From an uncultured Gemmatimonadales bacterium (lineage in GTDB: Bacteria; Gemmatimonadota; Gemmatimonadetes; Longimicrobiales; RSA9): a DNA stretch of 64,000 nt. A program made the translations under genes and the position numbers. This document shows, one piece after another, positions 52,576 through 61,926 of the stretch. The notes under the pieces were generated by a model that worked only from the letters and a program-made list of their open reading frames with translations, was not told where the DNA came from and did no database searches. The first letter of the stretch is position 1, and each line of letters starts with the position of its first letter. The DNA lies in the NCBI GenBank assembly GCA_963798085.1, contig CAWCRS010000005.1, positions 512,001-576,000 on the forward strand, read 5' to 3'.

Positions 52576-54177
52576 ATGGGCAAGAAGAAGCTGCGGATCG
52601 GGATCCTGGACCTGGTGACCCGGGCGCCATCGCCGGGCCTGTACGGCCGTGTGATGAACCCCAACCTGGCGAGCATCATGCCGCAGGCCGTGGGTGTATG
52701 GTGCCAGGAGCTTGGGCACGATGTCACCTTCGTCTGCTACACGGGCTCGGAGGACCTGCTGCGGGAGCTGCCCGAGGCCATGGACGTGCTGTTCGTGGGC
52801 GCGTTCACACAGGCCGCGCAGCTCTCGTATGCGATCAGCAACCTGTTCCGGCAGCGCGGCGCCGTGACGGTGCTGGGTGGTCCGCACGCCCGCTGCTACC
52901 CCGACGATGCGCGGCAGTACTTCGACTACGTCCTTGGCTTCACGGATCGCCCGCTGATCGAGGACATCCTGAAGGATTGTGCGCCGCACCGGCCGGTGGG
53001 CGTGCTCGCGCGCGCGAGCCGTCAGCCGCTGGAGTTGCCGGGTGTGCGGGAGCGCTGGCGCTTCATCGAGCCGACGCTCGCCAAGTGCCCGACGAGTCTC
53101 AAGCTCGTGCCGATGATCGGCAGCCTGGGCTGTCCCTACACGTGCGCGTTCTGCATTGACTCGGTGGTCGACTATCAGCCCATGAGCTACGACCAGATCC
53201 GCGAGGATCTGCGTTTCCTGGTGAAGACGATGAAGCGGCCGTACGTCGGCTGGCACGATCCGAATTTCGGCGTGCGTTTCGACGACTTCCTGGGAGCCAT
53301 CGAGGACGCGGTGCCGGCCGGCAGCGTGTCGTTTGCTGCGGAGAGCAGTCTTTCGCTGCTGTCCGAGGCCAATCTGAAGCGCATGCAGAAGGCCGGCTTC
53401 AAGGCCATGCTCCCGGGCATTGAATCGTGGTTCTCGCTGGGCAACAAGGCGAAGACGGGGCGCAAGCAGGGCATGGCGAAGGTGGAGCAGGTCTCCGACC
53501 ATGTGAACATGATCCTGCGTTATATCCCGTACGTTCAGACCAACTTCGTGTTGGGCATGGACGACGATGTGGGTGATGAGCCCTTCGAGTTGACCAAGCG
53601 GTTCCTGGACAAGACGCCCGGTACGTTCCCGGGCTATTCGCTGCTCACCGCGTTCGGCGAAGCGGCGCCGCTGAACCTGGAGCTGCAGCGTGCGGGCCGC
53701 CTGCTGCCGTTCCCGTTCCATTTCCTGAACAACAACCAGGCGATGAACGTCCGGCCCAAGAACTACCAGTGGCCGGATTTCTACGACCGGATGATCGACC
53801 TGACCGAGTACTCGTTCTCGTGGAAGACGATCATGCGCCGGGCGCGGGGCACGCCTCTTGGATTCCCCACGTGGGTCAACTTCGTGCGCGGCGTTTCCTC
53901 GGAGGGCTTCGGCCGGATCAAGTACCACCGCAACATCCGGCGCATGCTGGACACGGACCGATCGGTTCGCGCCTTCTTCGAGGGTGCGAGCGACACGTTG
54001 CCGGATTTCTACGTGCAGCGAATCCGGCGCGAGCTGGGTCCATTGTGGGAACAGCTGCCCCCGAACGCCCTGATGCACGATCCGCTGGCGTACATGCGCA
54101 AGTCGACGGCGGAGTCACTGGTCACGCTGACAGCGGCGGCCTCGCCGGCGCCGGACATCACGCTGTCGCCCAACTGA
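52576..54177 (+). CDS. B12-binding-domain radical SAM protein
   Basis: TVLGGPHA (B12-binding domain); GCPYTCAFC (CxxxCxxC); GIES; FVLGMDDD. Confidence 0.88.
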   Translation: MGKKKLRIGILDLVTRAPSPGLYGRVMNPNLASIMPQAVGVWCQELGHDVTFVCYTGSEDLLRELPEAMDVLFVGAFTQAAQLSYAISNLFRQRGAVTVLGGPHARCYPDDARQYFDYVLGFTDRPLIEDILKDCAPHRPVGVLARASRQPLELPGVRERWRFIEPTLAKCPTSLKLVPMIGSLGCPYTCAFCIDSVVDYQPMSYDQIREDLRFLVKTMKRPYVGWHDPNFGVRFDDFLGAIEDAVPAGSVSFAAESSLSLLSEANLKRMQKAGFKAMLPGIESWFSLGNKAKTGRKQGMAKVEQVSDHVNMILRYIPYVQTNFVLGMDDDVGDEPFELTKRFLDKTPGTFPGYSLLTAFGEAAPLNLELQRAGRLLPFPFHFLNNNQAMNVRPKNYQWPDFYDRMIDLTEYSFSWKTIMRRARGTPLGFPTWVNFVRGVSSEGFGRIKYHRNIRRMLDTDRSVRAFFEGASDTLPDFYVQRIRRELGPLWEQLPPNALMHDPLAYMRKSTAESLVTLTAAASPAPDITLSPN

Positions 54178-54270
54178 TCGGTTGTGCCGATCCCGGCGAC
54201 GCCAGTCGCCGGGATCGGCGGCTGATCGCGGGCAGTTCGCCGCGTTGTCCCGACCATCGTCCGCTGAAAC

Positions 54271-55671
54271 GTGCGATCGCTGACCCTGCGCCGTTCCCTC
54301 ATCCTTCCCATCGCGCTCGCGTGCGGGTCCGGGCCGGCATCCGTACGCGCGCAGGTCGCTGACAGCGCAGGGGCACGCGGGTGCGGACCGTTGCGCGCCT
54401 CACTCGCCGTCGAGGAAGTGCTCGCCATCAATCTCGCCGTCAACCGGTTCGATGCGGTGGTTCTGAAGGACGAGTGGGCGCGCTCGAACTTCGAGAGCTG
54501 GAGTCGCAACTTCCGACTGGGCTGGGAATGGGATGAGAACGCGTTCCCGACGAACATGTTCGCGCACCCGTTCCACGGCTCGCAGTACTTCAGCTCCGGG
54601 CGTGCGAACTGTCTGAACTACTGGGAGTCGGCGCCGCTGGCCTTCCTCGGCTCCTGGGTCTGGGAGTTCTTCGGCGAGACGTTCCGCCCTTCGTTCAACG
54701 ACTTCCTCATGACGAGCTTCGGCGGCGTCGCGGTGGGTGAGATGACGCACCGTGTGGCGGCGACACTGCGCGACACGGAAACGCGCGGCGCGGGGCGCGT
54801 GACACGCGAAGCTGCGGCACTGCTGATCAACCCCATTGAGGGAATCAACCGCTTGTTTCGCGGGCAATGGACGGCAGTGGCGCCGAATCCGCCGGAACAT
54901 GATGCGGGCGCTTTCGCCTTCCGCTTCGGCGCCGGTGTGCGCAAGGTCCACGACGATTCGTCGGGCGTCAGCAATTTTGCGCCGACCATTCTCGTCGACA
55001 TTGATTATGGCGATCCGCTCGATCACGCGTATCGCGAGCCCTTCGACGCCTTCTCCGTGCACGTGCAGGTCAGCCCGGGCGGCGGCGGCCTGAATGCGCT
55101 GCAGACGGAGGGTCGCATCTTTCAGCTGGCGCTGCCGTGGTGGGGGACGAGGGTGAGGCATGCGCTCATGCTCTCGCATCGCTACGACTACATTAACAAT
55201 CCCGTCTACAGCTTCGGCGCGCAGAGCATTGAGACCGGACTGATTTCGCGTTTCCCGCTGCCGGGACAGTTCGTGCTGCACGCAAAGGCGGCCGCCGATG
55301 TCGTCGTGCTGGGCGCCATCAACGCGCCATTCAGCGGCTTCGGCGAGCGCACGTACGATTTCGGTCCTGGCGCCGGTAGCCGGCTGCAGTTCGCGCTGGT
55401 GCGCAACGGCAACACGTATCTCTCGTGGTACAATCGCGGCGAGTACGTGCACTCGGTGAGCGGCGCTCCGGCGGATCACGTCATCCTGTTTTCCGGGCTC
55501 GAAGGCAACTTCCCGCTCGCCCACGGGATTGGCCTGGGCTTTTACGTGAGCGGCGACCGCCGGCAGAGCCGCTACATGAATGGGCCGCAGAACACGCGAG
55601 ACTTCCTCGAGTCGCGCGTTTTCCTGTCCTGGGCGGGAGCGCGGCGCTCGGCCGGCGGCGAAGTGCGATGA
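54271..55671 (+). CDS. DUF3943-domain outer-membrane protein
   Basis: WEWDENAFPTNMFAHPFHGSQYF, GSWVWEFFGE..PSFND; beta-strand-rich C-terminus. Confidence 0.8.
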   Translation: MRSLTLRRSLILPIALACGSGPASVRAQVADSAGARGCGPLRASLAVEEVLAINLAVNRFDAVVLKDEWARSNFESWSRNFRLGWEWDENAFPTNMFAHPFHGSQYFSSGRANCLNYWESAPLAFLGSWVWEFFGETFRPSFNDFLMTSFGGVAVGEMTHRVAATLRDTETRGAGRVTREAAALLINPIEGINRLFRGQWTAVAPNPPEHDAGAFAFRFGAGVRKVHDDSSGVSNFAPTILVDIDYGDPLDHAYREPFDAFSVHVQVSPGGGGLNALQTEGRIFQLALPWWGTRVRHALMLSHRYDYINNPVYSFGAQSIETGLISRFPLPGQFVLHAKAAADVVVLGAINAPFSGFGERTYDFGPGAGSRLQFALVRNGNTYLSWYNRGEYVHSVSGAPADHVILFSGLEGNFPLAHGIGLGFYVSGDRRQSRYMNGPQNTRDFLESRVFLSWAGARRSAGGEVR

Positions 55672-56282
55672 AACACTCGATTGCGACTTGCCTCTTCGCC
55701 CTGCTGGCGGCAATGCCCGCGCATGATATCACGGCGCAGCGGCCGTATCGCAGCGGTTTCTGGCTGGAGAACGGCGTGGGCACGGGCACCATTCGCATCG
55801 GTTGCACGAGTTGCGCGGAGCCCACGGTCGTGTATGGGCAGAGCAGCTACCTGCGCGGCGGCGGCTCGCTCTCCTCGCGTGTGCTGCTGGGCTTCGAGGT
55901 CTTCGCGCTGCTCGATGACCACTTCGGCATCGCGCAGGGTGACAGCTCCCTTACGGTCGAAAACGTGAGCCTGGGCCCGGTGGTGCTGTGGTATCCGTGG
56001 CGCAGCGGCCTCTTCTTCAAGGGCGGCTTCGGCCTTGCCCACGCGGAAGTCACTCTTGGCGCCACCGACCCGAAGACGCAACCGGTCTCGCTCGCCAGCG
56101 GTACCGGCTCGGGCGTGACGTTCGGCGTCGGCTTCGACGTGCCTGTCTTCAAGTGGCTCGCGATCACTGCCAATCTGGGCATCTACTACACGGCGCTCGG
56201 CGACGTCACCGTGCGGGGTTCGCTCGTGGACGACGTCATCACATCCATGTACAACGCCAACTTCGCGATCACCATCCGCTAG
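55668..56282 (+). CDS. Small outer-membrane beta-barrel protein
   Basis: Signal peptide; amphipathic strands; CTSC motif; ATGA overlap. Confidence 0.7.
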   Translation: MKHSIATCLFALLAAMPAHDITAQRPYRSGFWLENGVGTGTIRIGCTSCAEPTVVYGQSSYLRGGGSLSSRVLLGFEVFALLDDHFGIAQGDSSLTVENVSLGPVVLWYPWRSGLFFKGGFGLAHAEVTLGATDPKTQPVSLASGTGSGVTFGVGFDVPVFKWLAITANLGIYYTALGDVTVRGSLVDDVITSMYNANFAITIR

Positions 56283-56304
56283 CTCGTCAATAGCGGGTTG
56301 TGCG

Positions 56305-57675
56305 CTACAGCGCGTAGCGATCGAGGCGCATGACCAGCGACTGCAGGCCCTCCGCGAGCGTGGGATGAACCGCTTCCGCGTCCACAATGGCGCGGGCGGT
56401 GGCGCCGGCCTGCATCAGGGCGACGAATACGTGGATCAGCTCGCCCGCCTCGAAACCCACAATGGCCGCGCCCAGGATGCGCTCGGTGTCCGGGTCGATG
56501 AGCACCTTGAGTGTGCCGGCCGTCTCATCCAGCTCGATGGCGCGCGAGATGTTGCCGAACGGCATGGACGCCATCGCGTAGCGGATTTCCTGTCGTTTCG
56601 CGTCGCGTTCGGACAGGCCCACGCGCGCCACCTGCGGATCCGTGAACACGGCGTACGGCACCAGCCGGTCCCTGCGCGTACGTCCGGCACCGTGGCGCAG
56701 CAGGTCGTACAGAATGCGATGGTCATCCCACGACGTGTGCGTGAACTGCGGGCCGCCCGTCACATTGCCGATGGCGAACACGCCGTCGGTGCTGGTGCGA
56801 TAGTGATCGTCGACCTGGATGAAACCGCGTTGGTCGAGACGGATGCCGCCCGCCTCACAGCCCAGCAGTTCGGTGTTGGCGGATCGGCCCACGGCGACGA
56901 GCAGGTGGCTGCCCGTCACGGCGCTGCCGTCATCGAGGTGCACGCTCACGTCGTTGCCGGTTTGTGCGACGGCCGAAACCTGCCGGCCCAGGCGAAGCTC
57001 GATGCCTTCGTTGCGGAAGACCCCCTCGAGCGATTGCGAAATGTCCTCATCCTCGCGGTCGACGAGGTGTGAGCCGCGATTGATGATCGTGACCCTGCTG
57101 CCGAAGCGCCGGAACATCTGGCCGAACTCGCAGCCGATGTAGCCACCGCCCAGCACAACCAGGTGGGCGGGCGTCTCGCGCAGCTCCATGATGCCCGTGC
57201 TGTCCACCCAGGCCACCTGGTCCAGACCGGGCAATGGCGGAATCGCCGGCCGGCACCCCGCATTGATGACAATGACGTCGGCACTGCAGCGCTCGTCGTT
57301 GACCTCGATAACACGCGGTTCGACGAAGCGGGCCGTGCCCGCGAGCGAAGTGAGGCACGAGCCCGCTCTCTGCAGTCGTCGCCCGATGCCATCGCGCCAG
57401 TGCCGCACAATGCCGTTCTTGCGGTCGACGACGGCGCTCAGATCGACGTGCACATCGGGCACGCGCACGCCCAGGCGAGCCGCGTTGCGCGCGACGTGCG
57501 CGGCGCGTGCGCTCGCCACCATGGTCTTGGTCGGCGTACAGCCGCGGTTCACGCAGGTGCCGCCCAGCTCCGCGCGTTCGACCAGGAGCGTGCGCCTGCC
57601 GGCCGCGGCCGAACGCACGGCGAAAGGAACGCCACCCTGCCCGCTGCCGATCACGATTACATCGAAGCGCTTCAC
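56305..57675 (-). CDS. Class I pyridine nucleotide-disulfide oxidoreductase (MerA-like without the C-terminal CC)
   Basis: IGSGQGG, GGTCVNRGCTPTK, GGGYIG, HPTLAE. Confidence 0.9.
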   Translation of the reverse strand: MKRFDVIVIGSGQGGVPFAVRSAAAGRRTLLVERAELGGTCVNRGCTPTKTMVASARAAHVARNAARLGVRVPDVHVDLSAVVDRKNGIVRHWRDGIGRRLQRAGSCLTSLAGTARFVEPRVIEVNDERCSADVIVINAGCRPAIPPLPGLDQVAWVDSTGIMELRETPAHLVVLGGGYIGCEFGQMFRRFGSRVTIINRGSHLVDREDEDISQSLEGVFRNEGIELRLGRQVSAVAQTGNDVSVHLDDGSAVTGSHLLVAVGRSANTELLGCEAGGIRLDQRGFIQVDDHYRTSTDGVFAIGNVTGGPQFTHTSWDDHRILYDLLRHGAGRTRRDRLVPYAVFTDPQVARVGLSERDAKRQEIRYAMASMPFGNISRAIELDETAGTLKVLIDPDTERILGAAIVGFEAGELIHVFVALMQAGATARAIVDAEAVHPTLAEGLQSLVMRLDRYAL

Positions 57676-58239
57676 CGGCCCCCCTTGTTGTTCACGTGCG
57701 GTGCGTGGCGCGGCGTGCCGCGATGCGACCTGCATGGCGTATCCGTGCGGACCGCGTCCGTGGCCTGGATGACATTGGACGAAAGGAACGCGCAGCCCTG
57801 CTCGTGCAACACTCGCGCCGCACTGAAGATCGCACTGCGGGTCGTTTGGGTGATGGCCATTGCCGGCGAGTGGAAACGCGCTGGCTGCGAAGAAGTTCCT
57901 GACGAACAGCCCTGCTGCCAGCCCTGCGTGTGCGGGAGCGCGATGCCCGGGCCGAGTCGCCACTCGGGCTGACCCGGTCGTGGAGACCGGGTCCCTCGGC
58001 CTGCGCATAAGACACACCCCGACAGCGTGGGTCGGGTACGGGTTCGCCGGTGGACAGCCTGAGCGCGCGCACAATCGTGCCCGGTGCAACCGTGGACTTC
58101 ACCGGGCTCGTGTCCGACGCGGCCGGGCGCCGGCCCGGCGGGCGCCACCCGGCACGGGCAGCGCCGCCATCGGAGTGAAGGCCAGCAGGCTGATCATGGG
58201 GTATTCCCTCCCGTGTCTCGAAACCTGCGTTCGTCCCGG

Positions 58240-58734
58240 TTACAGCAATGGCGCGGTGCCGAAGTTCACGCTGAAGCGGCGGCACCAGATGGTCACGGCG
58301 CGGTATTTCGACAGGTCCGTATCCGCGGGCAGCGCGTAGTTCTGATCGCCCATGTTGCCCTTCATGGCGCCCAGTTCCAGGAAACCGGCTTTGGTAACAG
58401 TCTCGTTATCAGTCACATCACCGGCGGCAACCAGGTACACGTGCACATCCGGTCCGTTGGAGGTTGCGAACTCCGTGAGGCGCAGTGTCAGCCTGCCGTC
58501 AGGAAGCCGGTAGATGGTTGCCTTGCCGCGCGTCTCGTGCGCGTTGCTGTGGAAGCTGCCATTGACGACCTGCACGGGCTGCGCTTCCATGCCCGCCTGC
58601 ATGGTGGCGGCCGAAGCCTGCGGGAACGATTCATCCACTGTTCTGTTGACGAACAGGCGCTCGGGCCGGAACGCATACCACAGTCCGGCCAGCACGACCA
58701 GACCGAGGGCAATGATGAAAGGACGCTTCTGCAT
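58240..58734 (-). CDS. DM13 domain protein
   Basis: GPDVHVYL, LGAMKGNMGDQNY, IWCRRFSVNFG. Confidence 0.93.
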   Translation of the reverse strand: MQKRPFIIALGLVVLAGLWYAFRPERLFVNRTVDESFPQASAATMQAGMEAQPVQVVNGSFHSNAHETRGKATIYRLPDGRLTLRLTEFATSNGPDVHVYLVAAGDVTDNETVTKAGFLELGAMKGNMGDQNYALPADTDLSKYRAVTIWCRRFSVNFGTAPLL

Positions 58735-59025
58735 GGTACTGCCTCCTGTTTCTCCTGGGGATCACGCGCGCCGCAGAAGCGCGACGCGCGTAGTTCGCTC
58801 GTTCAGTGCGGGCTATAACGTCGCGGGTCGCGGAAACGGTTCCATGCGGTGCAGGATGTCGCGATCGGGTTGCGGGGCACGCCTCGAGAGACATGCGCAG
58901 CGTTTCGTGAAACGGCGTGCGCACGCTGCATTCGGGGACGCAACCAGCGCGCGACGGGTGCCGATAGTGCAGCAGCCGGCGGCTGCCGTCGGCGAGGCGA
59001 CAATCCCGTACCGGAGCATGACATC

Positions 59026-61791
59026 ATGAGCCACATTGGATCGGTGGCGAGCCGTCTCAGGGAAACAGCCGAGCGCACGCAGAACTGGACGCGCTGGGGT
59101 CCGTACCTCTCGGAGCGCCAGTGGGGCACGGTGCGCGAGGATTACTCGGAGTACGGCGACTGCTGGGAATATTTTCCGCACGACCATGCGCGCAGTCGTG
59201 CGTATCGCTGGGGCGAGGATGGCCTGCTCGGCATCACCGACCGCGAGGGCCGCCTCTGCTTCGGGCTGGCCCTGTGGAACGGGCAGGATCCGATCCTCAA
59301 GGAGCGCCTGTTCGGTCTGACCGGACCGGAGGGCAATCACGGCGAGGACGTGAAGGAGCTGTACTACTTCCTCGACTCCACACCCACGCACTGCTACATG
59401 AAGGCGCTCTACAAGTATCCGCAGCGCGCGTTCCCCTACGAAGAGCTGCTGCGCGAGAACCGGCTGCGCGGCGCGCACGATCCCGAGTACGAGCTGCTGG
59501 ACACGGGCGTGTTCGCGGAAGACCGCTACTTCGATGTGTTTGCCGAGTACGCGAAGCACGCGCCCGACGACATCCTCGTGCGCGTGACCCTCGTGAATCG
59601 CGGACCCGAGGCTGCGCCGCTGCACGTGCTGCCCACACTCTGGTACCGCAACACGTGGTCCTGGGGCCGCACCGGCGAAGGCTACTGGCCGAAGCCACGC
59701 ATGGCGGGCACGGACAGCGCCAGTGCGCGACTGGAGCACGCATCGCTCGGGCGGTTCGTCTTTCATGCGGATGCGACGGACGCGGGCGAGTTGCCCGACC
59801 TCCTGTTCACCCACAACGAAACGAACGCCGAGCGCCTGTTCGGCTCAGGCAATAACAGTCCGTTCGTGAAGGATGCGTTCCACGAATACGTGATTCACGG
59901 GCGCCGCGACGCGGTGAATCCCGCAGGCGAGGGCACGAAGCTGGCCGCGCACTATCGCATGGTCATCCCCGCAGGCGGGCAGGTGGTGCTGCGCCTGCGC
60001 CTCTCCGCCGAGAGCCAGGCGCCGGCGAAGCCTTTCGCTGCGGCGTTCGACACCACGTTCGCGCACCGGCTGCGGGAAGCCGATGAATTCTACGCCACGC
60101 GCATTCCGTCCTCGGCCGGCGAAGACGAGCGTCGCGTCATCCGCCAGGGCTACGCGGGACTGCTGTGGTCCAAACAGTTCTTCCACTACATCGTGCGCCA
60201 CTGGCTGGAGGGTGATCCCGCGCAGCCGCGGCCGCCGCGGGCGAGGCTCGAGGGCCGCAACCACGACTGGCCGCACCTGTACAACCGCGACGTCATCTCC
60301 ATGCCCGACACGTGGGAGTATCCCTGGTACGCGGCCTGGGACCTGGCCTTCCACATGATCCCGTTCGCGCACGTCGACGGCGACTTCGCCAAACAGCAGC
60401 TGGTGCTGTTCCTGCGCGAATGGTACATGCATCCCAACGGTCAGATACCGGCATACGAGTTCGCCTTCGGCGACGTGAATCCGCCGGTGCACGCCTGGGC
60501 CTGCTGGCGCGTCTACAAGATGACGGGCAGGCGGGGTCAACGCGACCGTGCCTTCCTCGAGCGCGTCTTCCACAAGCTCCTCCTCAACTTCACGTGGTGG
60601 GTCAACCGCAAGGACTTCGACGGTAACAACCTGTTCGAGGGCGGCTTCCTCGGCCTGGACAACATTGGCGTCTTCGACCGCTCTCAGCCACTGCCCACGG
60701 GCGGCCACCTGGAGCAGGCGGACGGCACCGCCTGGATGGCGTTCTTCTGCGCCACCATGCTCTCCATGGCGCTGGAGCTGGCGGCGGAGGACCCCGTGTA
60801 CGAAGACGTCGCGTCGAAGTTCTTCGAGCACTTCGTCGCCATCACCGATGCCATGAACTCACTGGGTGGCACCGGCCTCTGGGATGACCTGGATGGCTTC
60901 TACTATGACCAGCTGCACGTCGATGACCACGTAATGCCACTGCGACTGCGGTCCGCGGTGGGCCTGATTCCGCTGTTCGCCTGTGAAATCCTGGACAACC
61001 GCCGCATACGCAAGCTGAGCAACTTCACGAAGCGCATGAACTGGTTCCTCGAGAACCGGCCCGAGCTGCGCCAGCAGATTTCCTACATGCAGCGCGATGG
61101 TGCCGGCGAGGAAGATGACATGCGCCTCCTCGCCATACCCTCGCGCGAGCGCCTGGAGCGTGTGCTGCGCTACATGCTGGACGAGAACGAATTCCTATCG
61201 CCATACGGCCTCCGCTCCATCTCGAAGGTGCACGAGCAGCATCCGTACACGCTCGACGCCGACGGTACGCGCTACGTGGTGGAATACGATCCGGGCGAGT
61301 CGACGACGCGTCTGTTCGGCGGCAACTCGAACTGGCGCGGACCCATCTGGTTCCCGCTCAACTTCCTGCTCGTGGAAGCGCTCGAGCGCTATCACCACTT
61401 CTACGGGGATTCGCTGCTCGTCGAATTCCCCACAGGCTCCGGTCAGCGCGTGAATCTGCGTACGGTGGCGCGCGAGCTGGCGTCGCGGCTGGCGAAGCTG
61501 TTCCTGGCGGATGCGCAGGGACGCCGTCCCTGTCATGGCGATGAGCGCCGCTACGCCGAGGATCCGCACTGGCGCGACCTCGTGCTCTTCAACGAGTACT
61601 TCCACGGCGACAACGGGCGCGGCCTGGGCGCTTCGCACCAGACCGGCTGGACTGCGCTGGCCGTGCGCTTCCTCGAGGACATGGTGAAGGCCAGAACGGA
61701 AGAGAGCGCGACGCATGACGACACCGGAACCGACGCTGCTGCAGCAGCCGTCTCTGCGGGCGTGGCGGCCGGGTCCAGCCGAGGCGGGTGA
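59026..61791 (+). CDS. MGH1/GH63-like glucosidase
   Basis: WGPYLSERQWGTVREDYS, WEYPWYAAWD, GASHQTGWT. Confidence 0.92.
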   Translation: MSHIGSVASRLRETAERTQNWTRWGPYLSERQWGTVREDYSEYGDCWEYFPHDHARSRAYRWGEDGLLGITDREGRLCFGLALWNGQDPILKERLFGLTGPEGNHGEDVKELYYFLDSTPTHCYMKALYKYPQRAFPYEELLRENRLRGAHDPEYELLDTGVFAEDRYFDVFAEYAKHAPDDILVRVTLVNRGPEAAPLHVLPTLWYRNTWSWGRTGEGYWPKPRMAGTDSASARLEHASLGRFVFHADATDAGELPDLLFTHNETNAERLFGSGNNSPFVKDAFHEYVIHGRRDAVNPAGEGTKLAAHYRMVIPAGGQVVLRLRLSAESQAPAKPFAAAFDTTFAHRLREADEFYATRIPSSAGEDERRVIRQGYAGLLWSKQFFHYIVRHWLEGDPAQPRPPRARLEGRNHDWPHLYNRDVISMPDTWEYPWYAAWDLAFHMIPFAHVDGDFAKQQLVLFLREWYMHPNGQIPAYEFAFGDVNPPVHAWACWRVYKMTGRRGQRDRAFLERVFHKLLLNFTWWVNRKDFDGNNLFEGGFLGLDNIGVFDRSQPLPTGGHLEQADGTAWMAFFCATMLSMALELAAEDPVYEDVASKFFEHFVAITDAMNSLGGTGLWDDLDGFYYDQLHVDDHVMPLRLRSAVGLIPLFACEILDNRRIRKLSNFTKRMNWFLENRPELRQQISYMQRDGAGEEDDMRLLAIPSRERLERVLRYMLDENEFLSPYGLRSISKVHEQHPYTLDADGTRYVVEYDPGESTTRLFGGNSNWRGPIWFPLNFLLVEALERYHHFYGDSLLVEFPTGSGQRVNLRTVARELASRLAKLFLADAQGRRPCHGDERRYAEDPHWRDLVLFNEYFHGDNGRGLGASHQTGWTALAVRFLEDMVKARTEESATHDDTGTDAAAAAVSAGVAAGSSRGG

Positions 61792-61926
61792 GTGAACGGC
61801 GTTGCCGGGGCTGGGTGCTCAGGCGGGTTGCGCGAGAACGGATTCCTCGACAACCGGTTTGTTCGTGTCGCGTTTGCTGGTTTGAAGAGCTTTCCTGCAG
61901 TACGCTGAACGCAAGGGAGTGCGGTG

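Noticed and set aside
56305..57675. Mercuric reductase merA / mercury resistance
   Set aside because: No C-terminal Cys-Cys, no NmerA domain and no mer operon genes
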